Source of the DNA: Patescibacteria group bacterium
GTDB lineage: Bacteria > Patescibacteriota > Minisyncoccia > UBA6257 > 1-14-0-10-40-38
DNA: 64,000 nt
Direction of reading: 5' to 3'
Assembly: GCA_038064975.1 (NCBI GenBank)
Contig: JBBTRX010000002.1
Location: 880 to 64,879 of the forward strand
Numbering within the stretch: position 1 is the stretch's first letter; each line of letters starts with the position of its first letter. The notes under the pieces were generated by a model that saw only the letters and a program-made list of their open reading frames with translations, was not told the DNA's origin and ran no database searches. A program made the translations under genes and the position numbers. Shown piece by piece: positions 1 through 9,472 of the stretch.

Positions 1-479
1 ATCGGAGCCTCTTCCGTTAGTCAGCTCAAAGCTGAGAGGAAGACCCGTCATGGTTGGAGAGAATTAGGAGCCACACAGCGGGAACGCGAGGCGAGCGCGA
101 GCTCGCCACAGTTGCAACACCTGCGGACCCGAGGTGGCGTGCCCCCCCCTTCCGAACCATGACGGGTGGAATGAACTAGCCTTCGTACTCCATACTTCCT
201 ATATTCCACTTCTTCCTAGTGTGTGTCAAATATCTGGCTCTCCAATGCCTTCTAGACAGAGTCTCTAATGTGAGGCATTGTGAACGTCATGGAAATATTG
301 CCACGCGACATCAGGGAGTTTCAGGAGATATGGAAGAAGGAGTTTAAGGAGGAGATTTCAGAGGAATTTGCGCGAGACCAGGCCCATCAGCTCATAGACC
401 TTGTCATTGCCCTTCTTCGACAGAAGAAGAAATAAAAATACCGAGAACACGAAGCAGTGTTCCCGGCGCGAACATTTCT

Positions 480-959
480 TCACAGTGGAGATATCGGTGG
501 ATGCTGTTTTCGACGATCCTTATACTTTTGCCAAGCATATCTACCTATGAAAGCCAGTACTGTAGTCACGACAGCAATAACTAGCGCATTTCCGAGCGTA
601 CCACTTCCACCGTTGTAAGAATTCGATACATCTCCAATGGGGCTGTTAGGACCGTAAGTAGTCTTTGCGCCTAGAGTACCAGTTATATCCCTTCCTTCCA
701 CCAGGATTGTATCCCCGATGATGTTTATTCCCACGCCTGATCCTGTATCTAGATAGTTAAAGAACTCCTTTGCTTTGATAATTACACTCAATGACGTCTC
801 ATAAGTCCAAGGAGTCTCTGGGTATGTATTGTGAATATAGGTCGTCAATAGCTGAGCTTTATCATGGTCCGACATAGGAGTGTAATTAAGAAGTCTCTTT
901 AGGACGACTATAGATGAATGTATTTGAGATGACTGCGAAATGTGCCAATGTGGCAACAA
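480..959 (-). CDS. hypothetical membrane-anchored protein (C-terminal TM helix, basic tail)
   Basis: 159-aa ORF; hydrophobic stretch ALVIAVVTTVLAFIG near the C-terminus followed by a basic tail; no recognisable family. Confidence 0.35.
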   Translation of the reverse strand: MLPHWHISQSSQIHSSIVVLKRLLNYTPMSDHDKAQLLTTYIHNTYPETPWTYETSLSVIIKAKEFFNYLDTGSGVGINIIGDTILVEGRDITGTLGAKTTYGPNSPIGDVSNSYNGGSGTLGNALVIAVVTTVLAFIGRYAWQKYKDRRKQHPPISPL

Positions 960-972
960 ACTGTGTTATGTG

Positions 973-1055
973 TGGGCAGGGAGGGATTCGAACCCCCGAA
1001 GGCATAAGCCAACTGGTCTACAGCCAGTCCCGTTTGACCACTTCGGTACCTGCCC
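973..1055 (-). tRNA. tRNA-Tyr (anticodon GTA), class II with long variable arm
   Basis: Reverse complement folds as a cloverleaf: acceptor GGGCAGG/CCTGCCC, 3-bp D stem, anticodon stem ACTGG/CCAGT with loop CTGTAGA (GTA), long variable arm, T-loop GGTTCGAATCC, discriminator A. Confidence 0.8.
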
Positions 1056-1099
1056 AATCGGTATCAGAAAAATACCACGGTCAAACTAAAAAGTGAAGG

Positions 1100-1480
1100 T
1101 TATTGCTTCGTCTCAGAATTTCCTTCGTCTTTAACGTGTTCAAGAAGATTTGCAATAGATTCGCGCTTCTCTTCCGCACGATCATTCGTTTCTTTTAAGT
1201 GAGAAAGGCGATTTTCAACGAAGTTATCAAAACGCATCACGAAGATACGCGCTTTGCGGAGCATCTTTACGGAAGAAGAATTAAGCCATGCATCAATTTT
1301 TTTGAGCGGCAGTCTTTGGAGTGATCGATCAAAAAATCCTGGCGCATGAGGAATCACTGCACCCTCCTCAACACGAGGCATAGCTCGTGCCAAAAGATAT
1401 ATCACAACGCCAAGACTTACAAAAAGACTAGTTTGAAGAATGAAATCGTACATAACTGAAATGAGTATATCAAAGAACAT
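1100..1480 (-). CDS. hypothetical membrane protein
   Basis: 126-aa ORF with N-terminal hydrophobic segments and a charged C-terminal half; no family recognised. Confidence 0.3.
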   Translation of the reverse strand: MFFDILISVMYDFILQTSLFVSLGVVIYLLARAMPRVEEGAVIPHAPGFFDRSLQRLPLKKIDAWLNSSSVKMLRKARIFVMRFDNFVENRLSHLKETNDRAEEKRESIANLLEHVKDEGNSETKQ

Positions 1481-1502
1481 ATACGTTGGACAATGTGAAT
1501 TA

Positions 1503-1943
1503 TTAAACTTCGTAGCGAGAGAATCGAGTTACTTGAATATTCTCCCCTATCTTCGCAATCGTGTCCTGAACAAGATCACCTATCGTAAGCTTATCGTCTT
1601 TAACATACGGCTGAGCGAGAAGCGCTTCAACAGATTCGGGTGCCATAGCGGTGATCTGCATCACGATCTCTTTTGCGAGATTGCGAAACGGTTCAGATTT
1701 TAAAACGAAATCCGTTTCCGCGCGAATCTCGAGTAGCACGCCAACGCGCCCATTATGGATATATGATTCCAGCCAGCCAGCTCCGGTCGCACGCTCAGCC
1801 TTAGAGCTTGCCCGTTTTAATCCTTTTTCTTTTAAAATTGCTTTTGCTTTTTCAAAGTCGCCCCCTGCATCAACGAGTGCCCGTTTGCACTCCATGATAC
1901 CGGCGCCCGTTGTTTCGCGCAAACGCTGAACATCATTTACCAT
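1503..1943 (-). CDS. tsf: elongation factor Ts (short form)
   Basis: N-terminal UBA-like motif LRETTGAGIMECKRAL typical of EF-Ts; sits directly downstream of rpsB as in the conserved rpsB-tsf operon; start placed at the internal Met (MVNDVQ..) 14 nt after the rpsB stop. Confidence 0.85.
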   Translation of the reverse strand: MVNDVQRLRETTGAGIMECKRALVDAGGDFEKAKAILKEKGLKRASSKAERATGAGWLESYIHNGRVGVLLEIRAETDFVLKSEPFRNLAKEIVMQITAMAPESVEALLAQPYVKDDKLTIGDLVQDTIAKIGENIQVTRFSRYEV

Positions 1944-1956
1944 TGCTTTGTAAAAA

Positions 1957-2742
1957 TTATTTTTTATCTTGCTTCCGACTTTCCGGTTTTTCTGGCGCAC
2001 TTACCACGGCACTACGCTTTCCTTCTTCGACATACTGTTCTAACCGTTCCATAACCCATTGAATACTTGATGCTGACCGATCATTCGCAACGATAGGATA
2101 TTCTACGAGAGCCGGATCTACATTACTAGAAAGAATCCCTACAACCGGAATGCGTATCTTCTTTGCCTCTTTGACGGCGATCATATGATCAGATACGCCG
2201 GCGACAACCATGAGATCAGGTACTCGCTTTAACTGTTCAAGTCCTCCGAAGAGATGGGCGAGGCGTTCAATTTCTTTAGTAAAATCAAGACGCTCTTTCT
2301 TGGTGTATTTTTCAAGACGGCCAGACGCTTTATCCGATTTCAGTTTTTCATAATAATCCAACCGTTTGCTGAGCGTTTTGAAATTAGTAAGAATTCCGCC
2401 CAACCATCGCACAGTAATATACGGATACCCCGTTTTTTCAGCCAACGTCTTTACTGCTAACTTTGCAGGAGGCGTAGTTCCTACAAAAAGGACCAAACCT
2501 TTTTTTTCACAAACCGCTTTTATCGCAGCACCGGCAGACTTAATCATCTCCGGAGTTTTTTCAACATCAAGAATCGCCATGCCGTTTCTCGTCGCATGGA
2601 CGTAAGGAATCATCTTGGGATGAGTCTTAGATTTACTTCTTCCGTAAAGCACGCCGGCTTTGAGCATTTCATCCAGTATCGGATCAATCTCAATATGCTC
2701 GGGAACGGCAGAAGATGTTGAATTTGTGATTTCGTTTACCAT
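1957..2742 (-). CDS. rpsB: 30S ribosomal protein S2
   Basis: 261 aa; conserved S2 core (MLKAGVLYG.., GTTPPAK, VANDRSAS-like region); rpsB-tsf arrangement; about 18 aa N-terminal extension relative to E. coli if the first Met is used. Confidence 0.9.
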   Translation of the reverse strand: MVNEITNSTSSAVPEHIEIDPILDEMLKAGVLYGRSKSKTHPKMIPYVHATRNGMAILDVEKTPEMIKSAGAAIKAVCEKKGLVLFVGTTPPAKLAVKTLAEKTGYPYITVRWLGGILTNFKTLSKRLDYYEKLKSDKASGRLEKYTKKERLDFTKEIERLAHLFGGLEQLKRVPDLMVVAGVSDHMIAVKEAKKIRIPVVGILSSNVDPALVEYPIVANDRSASSIQWVMERLEQYVEEGKRSAVVSAPEKPESRKQDKK

Positions 2743-2818
2743 AAAAATAAACTAACAAAATGTAGGGAGAAGTATACTACGCGAGTCTCAATCGGTCAAC
2801 TACCGAAAAGGCCCCAAT

Positions 2819-3925
2819 TCATGCCCCTCCTCCAAACCGCTTAGGGAGGATTTTCATAAAGCTAGAAGTAAAGCGGGCAGTTGAAAATCGGGCACTTTTT
2901 GCACTAATTGCTTTTCGGTCAAAACCGGCTCGCTCCATGCGTAAAACCGCGTGAGATACTGATGCAGGATCCTGCCGGTCGAAAAATACGCCGCTCTCCC
3001 GATCCACTATTTCTAAAGCTCCTCCTTCCCGATACGCAATAATCGGCGTTCCACATGCTTGAGCTTCTGCAGCAACAAGACCAAAATCTTCCGCTTGGGG
3101 AAAAATAAACGCCTTCGCTCCTGCATATACATGTCGCAATTCGTTATCGGTAATGTTTCCTAGAAATTGAATATTCTTTGCTTTCCCTGCAAGAGAACGG
3201 AGCGCGTTATCTTCGGGACCTGACCCTACAATTTTTAGCGTATACGGCAAAGAGCGGAATGTTCGGACCAGAAGGTCAAACTTTTTATAGTGCATGAATC
3301 TTCCCACAGCAAGATAATATTTGCTGACAGGAATAGAGGGGTCAAAGAAAAATTTTTCATCTGCGAGCGGCGGGTACACAATCTTCGCTTCCCTGCCATA
3401 GTACCGCTCTATTTTATCTGCGATGAAACGCGAAATAGTAATAATTTTGTCCGGCTTTTGTCCCGCAGCGAAATCCCAATTTCTTAAATACGCAAACGCC
3501 GGACGAAACACGCTTTTAAATATTGGGTTTGAGAAATAACTATCCAATTCCCATGCGTAGCGAAGCGGTGTATAGCAATAGGAAAGATGATAGGTGTTCG
3601 GATTATGCCGGATCCCCTTCGCGTAGCCAGATGTCGCGGATATCACGACATCATATTGATTTCCCAAATCAATACTCTCTGCGGCGTGTGGCATAAACGG
3701 AATAAACAGCCGATGGTTGCGCGCAATAATGGGATAATTAATAAACGAGGTTCCTCGCACGCGATCGTGATATCTATCCCCAAATTTTTCACGATCATAA
3801 AACAACGTATAAATATCCGCTTGAGGGAAGAGTGAAATAAAAACATCAAGCACGCGTTCTGCTCCGCCTGCTTGATTTAAATAGTCGTGGACGATCGCCA
3901 CGCGTATGGGCTTATGGTTTCTCAT
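2819..3925 (-). CDS. glycosyltransferase family 4 (group 1 glycosyltransferase)
   Basis: 368 aa; GT-B architecture with C-terminal GT4 motif region (..FPQAEDFGLVAAEAQACGTPIIAYREGGALEIV..) containing the E-x7-E signature. Confidence 0.75.
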   Translation of the reverse strand: MRNHKPIRVAIVHDYLNQAGGAERVLDVFISLFPQADIYTLFYDREKFGDRYHDRVRGTSFINYPIIARNHRLFIPFMPHAAESIDLGNQYDVVISATSGYAKGIRHNPNTYHLSYCYTPLRYAWELDSYFSNPIFKSVFRPAFAYLRNWDFAAGQKPDKIITISRFIADKIERYYGREAKIVYPPLADEKFFFDPSIPVSKYYLAVGRFMHYKKFDLLVRTFRSLPYTLKIVGSGPEDNALRSLAGKAKNIQFLGNITDNELRHVYAGAKAFIFPQAEDFGLVAAEAQACGTPIIAYREGGALEIVDRESGVFFDRQDPASVSHAVLRMERAGFDRKAISAKSARFSTARFTSSFMKILPKRFGGGA

Positions 3926-4115
3926 GCCGCTTCCCTTTATAATACAATAGACTTGTCCTGAAATAAGATTCTGATGAAAATATTCAGATTTCTAGGCGAG
4001 GCGAAGTGGAAAAAATACAGGAATAGCCAGAGGCTATTCCGAGGCTTTTTCCACAAGCCGTAGCCGAAATATGGATATTTGGACGGAAAAATTATTTCAG
4101 GACAGGTCTAATACA

Positions 4116-4718
4116 ATGCTCTATTCTGCCGCAAAGCGAGGAGTTGATATCGTAGGCGCTTTAGCCGGGCTCGCACTTATAGCGCCCATCGCGCCTATTA
4201 TTGCCGTGGCTATTAAACTTGAAAGTAAAGGTTCAGTCCTTGTCACGCTCCCACGGGTTAGTCGGGGAAAGCTCATTAACGTATATAAATTTCGTTCCAT
4301 GATAGACGGTGCTCACGCGATGAAGACCGAGCTCACTCATTTAAATGAACGCATTGATGGTCCATTCTTTAAAATGCGCCATGACCCACGCGTGACCCGT
4401 GTCGGACGCATTATCCGCAAATTCCGTTTTGATGAATTTCCCCAACTCTTAAATGTTTTAAAGGGAGATCTTTCGCTTGTCGGCCCCCGGCCTCATGAAG
4501 TAGAAGAGATTATCCATTACCCCCACCCCTACAAACATCTCATGCTCGCGAAAGCGGGTGTAACCGGACTCTCTCAAATAAACGGTGCATCCAGTCTTCC
4601 GTTTTTAAAAGAATTGGAATATGACAGCGGATATTTAGAAGAGCAATCTCTCTCCCTTGATGTGCAAATTATAGCGAAGACGCTTGGGATTTTCTTTCGC
4701 GATCATAACGCGGTGTAA
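4116..4718 (+). CDS. undecaprenyl-phosphate sugar phosphotransferase (bacterial sugar transferase family, PglC/WbaP C-terminal-domain type)
   Basis: about 200 aa from internal Met MLYSAAKRGVDIVGA; N-terminal re-entrant hydrophobic helix; conserved DEFPQLLNVLKGDLSLVGPRP motif of PF02397-type transferases; divergent from the GT4 gene. Confidence 0.75.
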   Translation: MLYSAAKRGVDIVGALAGLALIAPIAPIIAVAIKLESKGSVLVTLPRVSRGKLINVYKFRSMIDGAHAMKTELTHLNERIDGPFFKMRHDPRVTRVGRIIRKFRFDEFPQLLNVLKGDLSLVGPRPHEVEEIIHYPHPYKHLMLAKAGVTGLSQINGASSLPFLKELEYDSGYLEEQSLSLDVQIIAKTLGIFFRDHNAV

Positions 4719-4757
4719 CAAAGTTATGCACACGAGTGCGTATGATATACTGAAACC

Positions 4758-5660
4758 ATGAAACGAAATGGATTTTCGCTTGTTGAACTTTTAATTTATA
4801 TGGGAGTACTCGCGATTACCGCGACGCTCTTTCTCGGAATCTTGGCATCCACTGCGCGCATCCAAGTGCATGAAGTCGCGGCAAGCGAACTTACTAATCA
4901 GCTTAATTTTTCTCTCCAAACCATACAACGCTTAGTTCGCGAATCAAGTAATATTGCAGGAGTTGGTGCAGGAGATAATTCTGAAACCGGAACCGTGGAG
5001 CTAAGCTATCTTAAACTCCGCATGCCAGATGATACTCAAGATCCAACATGCATCACTCTTGTAAATAATGCCGGAGTAAATGAAATTCGTGTCACGCAAG
5101 GCGGACAAATAATCCCCAACGAATATAAATGTAAAGACTCAGTTCCCTTAGATGCGATCACGACAAATAAAGTCACTGTTTCAAATCTTGGTTTCACGTT
5201 TTCTCCAGGAGCAGGAGCACCGGCAAAAGACATAGTGGAGATTGCGCTCACGATGGATAGTAATACACAAAATCCACAGGGCCAAATTTCCCGATCACTC
5301 CGTAGTGCTATTGGGAGAGTTTCCGCCGCAACATTTGATACAGGAGTTGTCCCAACCATTACCGATACTCTAGACCTAGGTAGTCAATCAACACTTTGGA
5401 GTAATCTCTGGGTTAAAAATATTAGAGGAGAGTTTAAACAACCAAATAATTACGGAGGTACACTAACAAAAGGAAATTTTGTTGTCGGGATACCTCAAGG
5501 CACGAGTTGTAATACGCTTTGCTCGAATCATGTAAATTCATGCGCGTTTGCGTTTGAATTTGTAGATCCTAACCCACCAACATCTAATGATCGTGCTCTG
5601 GATGAACTAACTTGTAGCACCAACGCCGGAGCTTATGGAGGGATTTGTTTTTGTAGATAA
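4758..5660 (+). CDS. type IV pilin-like protein (prepilin N-terminal cleavage/methylation domain), Cys-rich C-terminus
   Basis: N-terminus MKRNGFSLVELLIYMGVLAI matches the class III signal (G|F-x-L-x-E plus hydrophobic helix); 300 aa; last about 55 aa contain 7 Cys. Confidence 0.7.
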   Translation: MKRNGFSLVELLIYMGVLAITATLFLGILASTARIQVHEVAASELTNQLNFSLQTIQRLVRESSNIAGVGAGDNSETGTVELSYLKLRMPDDTQDPTCITLVNNAGVNEIRVTQGGQIIPNEYKCKDSVPLDAITTNKVTVSNLGFTFSPGAGAPAKDIVEIALTMDSNTQNPQGQISRSLRSAIGRVSAATFDTGVVPTITDTLDLGSQSTLWSNLWVKNIRGEFKQPNNYGGTLTKGNFVVGIPQGTSCNTLCSNHVNSCAFAFEFVDPNPPTSNDRALDELTCSTNAGAYGGICFCR

Positions 5661-5663
5661 CCT

Positions 5664-6260
5664 TTATTTAAACTGCTTTAGTACCTCAAAATCTTTCTTG
5701 AGTGTTTCTCGGGATTCGCCATACAAGGCAACCGCGGGATGATAGAGCGGAACAATGCGCATTTTTCCGTAGGGAGCATCTGTTTCAAAGACGCGCCCGT
5801 GGATTGCACTGATTGGTTGTAGTTCGTTGCCAAGCCCGAATTTTTCCATAATATAGCGCATAGAGAATCTGCCCAAAGTCGCAACAACTTTCGGCTGAAT
5901 GATCGCAATCTGCCGATCTAAAAACGGTGCATACATTTCTATCTCCGATGGCAATGGATCCCGATTCATCGGAGGACGATCTTTTACAATGTTCGTAATA
6001 TAGACATTCTTCCGATCAATATTTATTGAAGCAAGAAGTTCGTCTAGAACTTTCCCTGAAGCACCACAAAATGGCCGCCCCGTTGCCGCTTCATTTTTCC
6101 CCGGCGCCTCTCCGATAAACATAATGGTCGCGGTATGACTCCCCTCGCCAATCACAGGGAAAACATTATTTTTAACTCGCTCTGCATAAAGCGGAGAATC
6201 TTTGAAGTTTAAAATTTCTTCCTTAACTCTAAGCATTGCCTCTCGCCGATCCCCATTCAT
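5664..6260 (-). CDS. uracil-DNA glycosylase superfamily protein (family 4/5-like)
   Basis: Motif GEAPGKNEAATGRPFCGASGKVL matches the GE[AG]PG..GRPF.G.AG signature of family-4-type UDGs; 198 aa; few Cys, so probably not a 4Fe-4S family-4 member in the strict sense. Confidence 0.65.
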   Translation of the reverse strand: MNGDRREAMLRVKEEILNFKDSPLYAERVKNNVFPVIGEGSHTATIMFIGEAPGKNEAATGRPFCGASGKVLDELLASINIDRKNVYITNIVKDRPPMNRDPLPSEIEMYAPFLDRQIAIIQPKVVATLGRFSMRYIMEKFGLGNELQPISAIHGRVFETDAPYGKMRIVPLYHPAVALYGESRETLKKDFEVLKQFK

Positions 6261-6265
6261 AATGG

Positions 6266-6724
6266 TTATAGTTTTTTATCCATCCACAAATAATTATGAC
6301 CTTCGGTAAAACCCTGTTTTTTGAAAAAAGCGACAATACTACGATCACCTTCGTTATTCGCCCAACTATAAAGATTATGTATCCCTCGTTTCTTAAGCTC
6401 TACTACGCACGCATCATATAAAAGCTGGGCTACTCCGTTTTTCCTGAATATTGGAACAGTAACAATATAAACGATATATGCCGACCTTTTCTGAAGATAT
6501 TTATTTTCTCCTATGCTTGCATAGATAAAACCAGCAATCTTTTCACCCGACTCCGCGACAAGAAATACACTATCTTCATGTTCGAGTACGGACATAAATT
6601 CTGCCGGATCCATAAACACATCATTACTACTAATAGAAAATTCAGGCGTCGCTTCCCCAAGGGCGTACAATATATCAAAATCTTTTTTCTTTGCCTCGCG
6701 AATTACAAAGTTTTTACTTTCCAT
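6266..6724 (-). CDS. GNAT family N-acetyltransferase
   Basis: about 150 aa from Met MESKNFVIRE; acetyl-CoA binding-like segment (..IVTVPIFRKNGVAQLLYDACVVELKKRG..); overlaps the secA stop by about 11 nt. Confidence 0.6.
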   Translation of the reverse strand: MESKNFVIREAKKKDFDILYALGEATPEFSISSNDVFMDPAEFMSVLEHEDSVFLVAESGEKIAGFIYASIGENKYLQKRSAYIVYIVTVPIFRKNGVAQLLYDACVVELKKRGIHNLYSWANNEGDRSIVAFFKKQGFTEGHNYLWMDKKL

Positions 6725-9080
6725 GACACTTCTTGTATTTCTTACCGCTTCCGCATGGGCAGGGATCGTTGCGGCCAACATTAGAGTCGTCTACGCCGGA
6801 TGACGGACCATTTACTGCAGGCGCATGCATGTGTACTGTCTGTTGCGAACTAGAAGCTACTTCAAGCTTATCTTTATTTTCTTCTATCCACTTTTCAAAT
6901 TCGCGAAGCATGGCCTGAAACATTACGTGCCCTTCTTTGCGATACTCCACGAGCGGATCATGCTGGCCATAGGCGCGCAAACCAACTCCATCCTGGAGTT
7001 CTTCCATGTTTTCTAAATGACTCATCCAGAACATATCAAGCACTGAGAGCATCTGCGGATGCGATCCGGAATCCAAAAGTTCTTGCCGTTTTTTATAGAT
7101 ACTGAGGCGCTGTTTATTCAAAACATCATCATATTCCAGCAAATGTTTGCGGGAATCAAAATGCATACCCTCCACCTTTGACTGCGCTTGAGAAATTGAT
7201 CGCGTTACAAGTTTCGCCTGAATTGGCTGATCTTCGGGAATATTAAAGCGATCCATAATGCCGCTTACACGATCTCCTCCAAAAATACGCATCAAGTCAT
7301 CCTGCAAAGAAAGGAAAAATTGGGATGATCCCGGATCCCCTTGCCTGCCGGCGCGTCCGCGCAACTGATTATCAATACGGCGCGATTCATGCCGCTCAGT
7401 ACCCACAACGTGCAAACCGCCCGCTTCTTTTACTTTTTGTGCAGCTTCGGGAGTACTTGGATTGCCGCCCAAAATAATATCAACACCACGCCCTGCCATG
7501 TTGGTTGCAACTGTAATCGCTCCCGGCCTGCCTGCCTGCGCAATCGTTCCTCCTTCGTGTTCGTTATTTTTCGCATTCAACACTTCGTGCTTTAAACCGG
7601 CATTCCGCAAATGACGCGCAAGTTCTTCATTTTTTTCTATAGAAACAGTTCCAATGAGAATCGGTTGGCCTTTCTCGTGCCGTGCTTTAATATCGCGAAC
7701 AATCGCCTGATATTTTCCCTCCACTGTCTTATATACCAAATCCTGTTCATCAGCGCGCTGTGGCGCTTTATGAGTCGGAATAGTCACTACTTTTAGACTG
7801 TATACTTTATCAAATTCTTCCGCGGATGTTTGAGCAGTTCCCGTCATGCCGGAAATTTTCCGATACAGACGAAAATAATTTTGAATAGAAATAGAAGCAT
7901 ACGTACGAGACTCCTCACGGACATGCACTCCCTCCTTTGCCTCAATCGCCTGGTGCAGTCCGCCGGAATACCTACGACCCTTCATAAGACGTCCGGTAAA
8001 TTGATCCACAATGATAATCTGGCCGTCTTTTACAACATAGTCTCGATCGTTTAAAAAAAGTTCTTTCGCTTTTAAACTTTCCTGCAGATAATGCGTCATC
8101 CGCAAATTTTCAGGGCTGTAGAGATTTGAGATATTAAGCACCTTTTCTACACTATCAATACCCGCCTCTATAATATCAACGCTCCGTAGTTTTTCATCAA
8201 CAATATAGTCCTCGTCTCGCTTGAGACGTGAGACGACACGGGCGAACGCTTTATAGGCATCGCTGGAAGCCGCATCCGGTGCGGCAATAATAAGTGGAGT
8301 TCTTGCTTCGTCAATTAAAATTGAATCAACTTCGTCAATAACGGCATAGTGATGTGCGCCCTGCACTTGGTCTTCTTTCCGATACGCCAAATTATCGCGA
8401 AGATAATCAAACCCAAATTCGTGATTGGTTCCATACGTAATGTCCGTAGCATAAGCATCTTTTCGTGAAATAGGACGAAGATATTCGTCGTGCACCATAA
8501 AACTTCCGGTACGATCACGCACCTCATCAATCGCCCCGCCCTCTCGGAAACTGTCAGATTCCCCTTTTTTAAAATGAGGATCATATTGCCGCGCTCCTTC
8601 ATGTACAAGACAAGAAGTCGTAAGACCTAAAAAGGCATAGATTTGTCCCATCCATGTCGCGTCGCGTTTTGCCAAATATTCATTTACGGTCACGACATGC
8701 ACGCCATGCCCAGCTAAAGCATTTAAATATACGGCGAGCGTCGCAGCGAGTGTCTTTCCTTCTCCCGTACGCATTTCAGCAATCTGCCCCTTGTGGAGAG
8801 CAATACCGCCTAAAAGCTGGGCATCAAAATGCCGTTGATGTAATGTGCGTTTTGCCGCCTCACGAACGAGTGCAAACGCTTCAGGAAGAATCTGCTCAAG
8901 ATAAGCACTTTGTTCTTCCCACGAAGTATAGGATCGCGCTTTAGTTTGGAGCTCCTTACTCTTCGCACGCAGAGCGTCATCGGAGAGCGATACCACACCC
9001 TCTTCAAGTGCATTAATTTGCTCCACGGTTTTGTGGTGCGAAGAATCTGCAGAAAACAATTGTATGATTTTTGAAAGCAT
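6714..9080 (-). CDS. secA: preprotein translocase ATPase SecA
   Basis: 788 aa; DEAD-like motor motifs (GEGKT Walker A, DEVDSILIDEARTPLII), preprotein cross-linking and helical scaffold regions, C-terminal zinc-binding tail CPCGSGKKYKKCHGK. Confidence 0.95.
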   Translation of the reverse strand: MLSKIIQLFSADSSHHKTVEQINALEEGVVSLSDDALRAKSKELQTKARSYTSWEEQSAYLEQILPEAFALVREAAKRTLHQRHFDAQLLGGIALHKGQIAEMRTGEGKTLAATLAVYLNALAGHGVHVVTVNEYLAKRDATWMGQIYAFLGLTTSCLVHEGARQYDPHFKKGESDSFREGGAIDEVRDRTGSFMVHDEYLRPISRKDAYATDITYGTNHEFGFDYLRDNLAYRKEDQVQGAHHYAVIDEVDSILIDEARTPLIIAAPDAASSDAYKAFARVVSRLKRDEDYIVDEKLRSVDIIEAGIDSVEKVLNISNLYSPENLRMTHYLQESLKAKELFLNDRDYVVKDGQIIIVDQFTGRLMKGRRYSGGLHQAIEAKEGVHVREESRTYASISIQNYFRLYRKISGMTGTAQTSAEEFDKVYSLKVVTIPTHKAPQRADEQDLVYKTVEGKYQAIVRDIKARHEKGQPILIGTVSIEKNEELARHLRNAGLKHEVLNAKNNEHEGGTIAQAGRPGAITVATNMAGRGVDIILGGNPSTPEAAQKVKEAGGLHVVGTERHESRRIDNQLRGRAGRQGDPGSSQFFLSLQDDLMRIFGGDRVSGIMDRFNIPEDQPIQAKLVTRSISQAQSKVEGMHFDSRKHLLEYDDVLNKQRLSIYKKRQELLDSGSHPQMLSVLDMFWMSHLENMEELQDGVGLRAYGQHDPLVEYRKEGHVMFQAMLREFEKWIEENKDKLEVASSSQQTVHMHAPAVNGPSSGVDDSNVGRNDPCPCGSGKKYKKCHGK

Positions 9081-9156
9081 AATAAGGAATACTAAAAGAA
9101 AAAGAGGGACCCTACATTAATTCAATGCAGAAAGACAAAAAAAGACGTTTACAACA

Positions 9157-9471
9157 TTAACTGTTCTTCTCCTTATAGCGCTCCAATTCGCGCTTGAGTT
9201 TATCACGCACTTTATCAATAGCGCTATAGATCGTCTCGTTTGTATCTTCCGCCCGAAGCATAGCGTTCGGAAGATGCAGATTTGCCTCCGCCCGGAATAC
9301 ATCTCCTTTATTGTGGTGATGAGTCGTTTTACCCACCTCTACCTGGATTTCTATTCCGCCTTCGTGATCCCAGCGGGAGAGCAGTTTAGCAAGCTGACCT
9401 ATCTTTTCTTCTACGAATTCCCGAAGCGCAGGCGTAAGCTCAAAATTTGTGGCTTTAATTAAGATTTTCAT
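9157..9471 (-). CDS. hpf: ribosome hibernation promoting factor / RaiA (short form)
   Basis: about 104 aa from Met MKILIKATNFELTPALREFVEEKI; matches the HPF/YfiA pattern (..ITG.N.E.T.ALR..V..K..) and beta-alpha-beta-beta-beta-alpha length; immediately downstream of murB. Confidence 0.75.
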   Translation of the reverse strand: MKILIKATNFELTPALREFVEEKIGQLAKLLSRWDHEGGIEIQVEVGKTTHHHNKGDVFRAEANLHLPNAMLRAEDTNETIYSAIDKVRDKLKRELERYKEKNS

Positions 9472-9472
9472 A

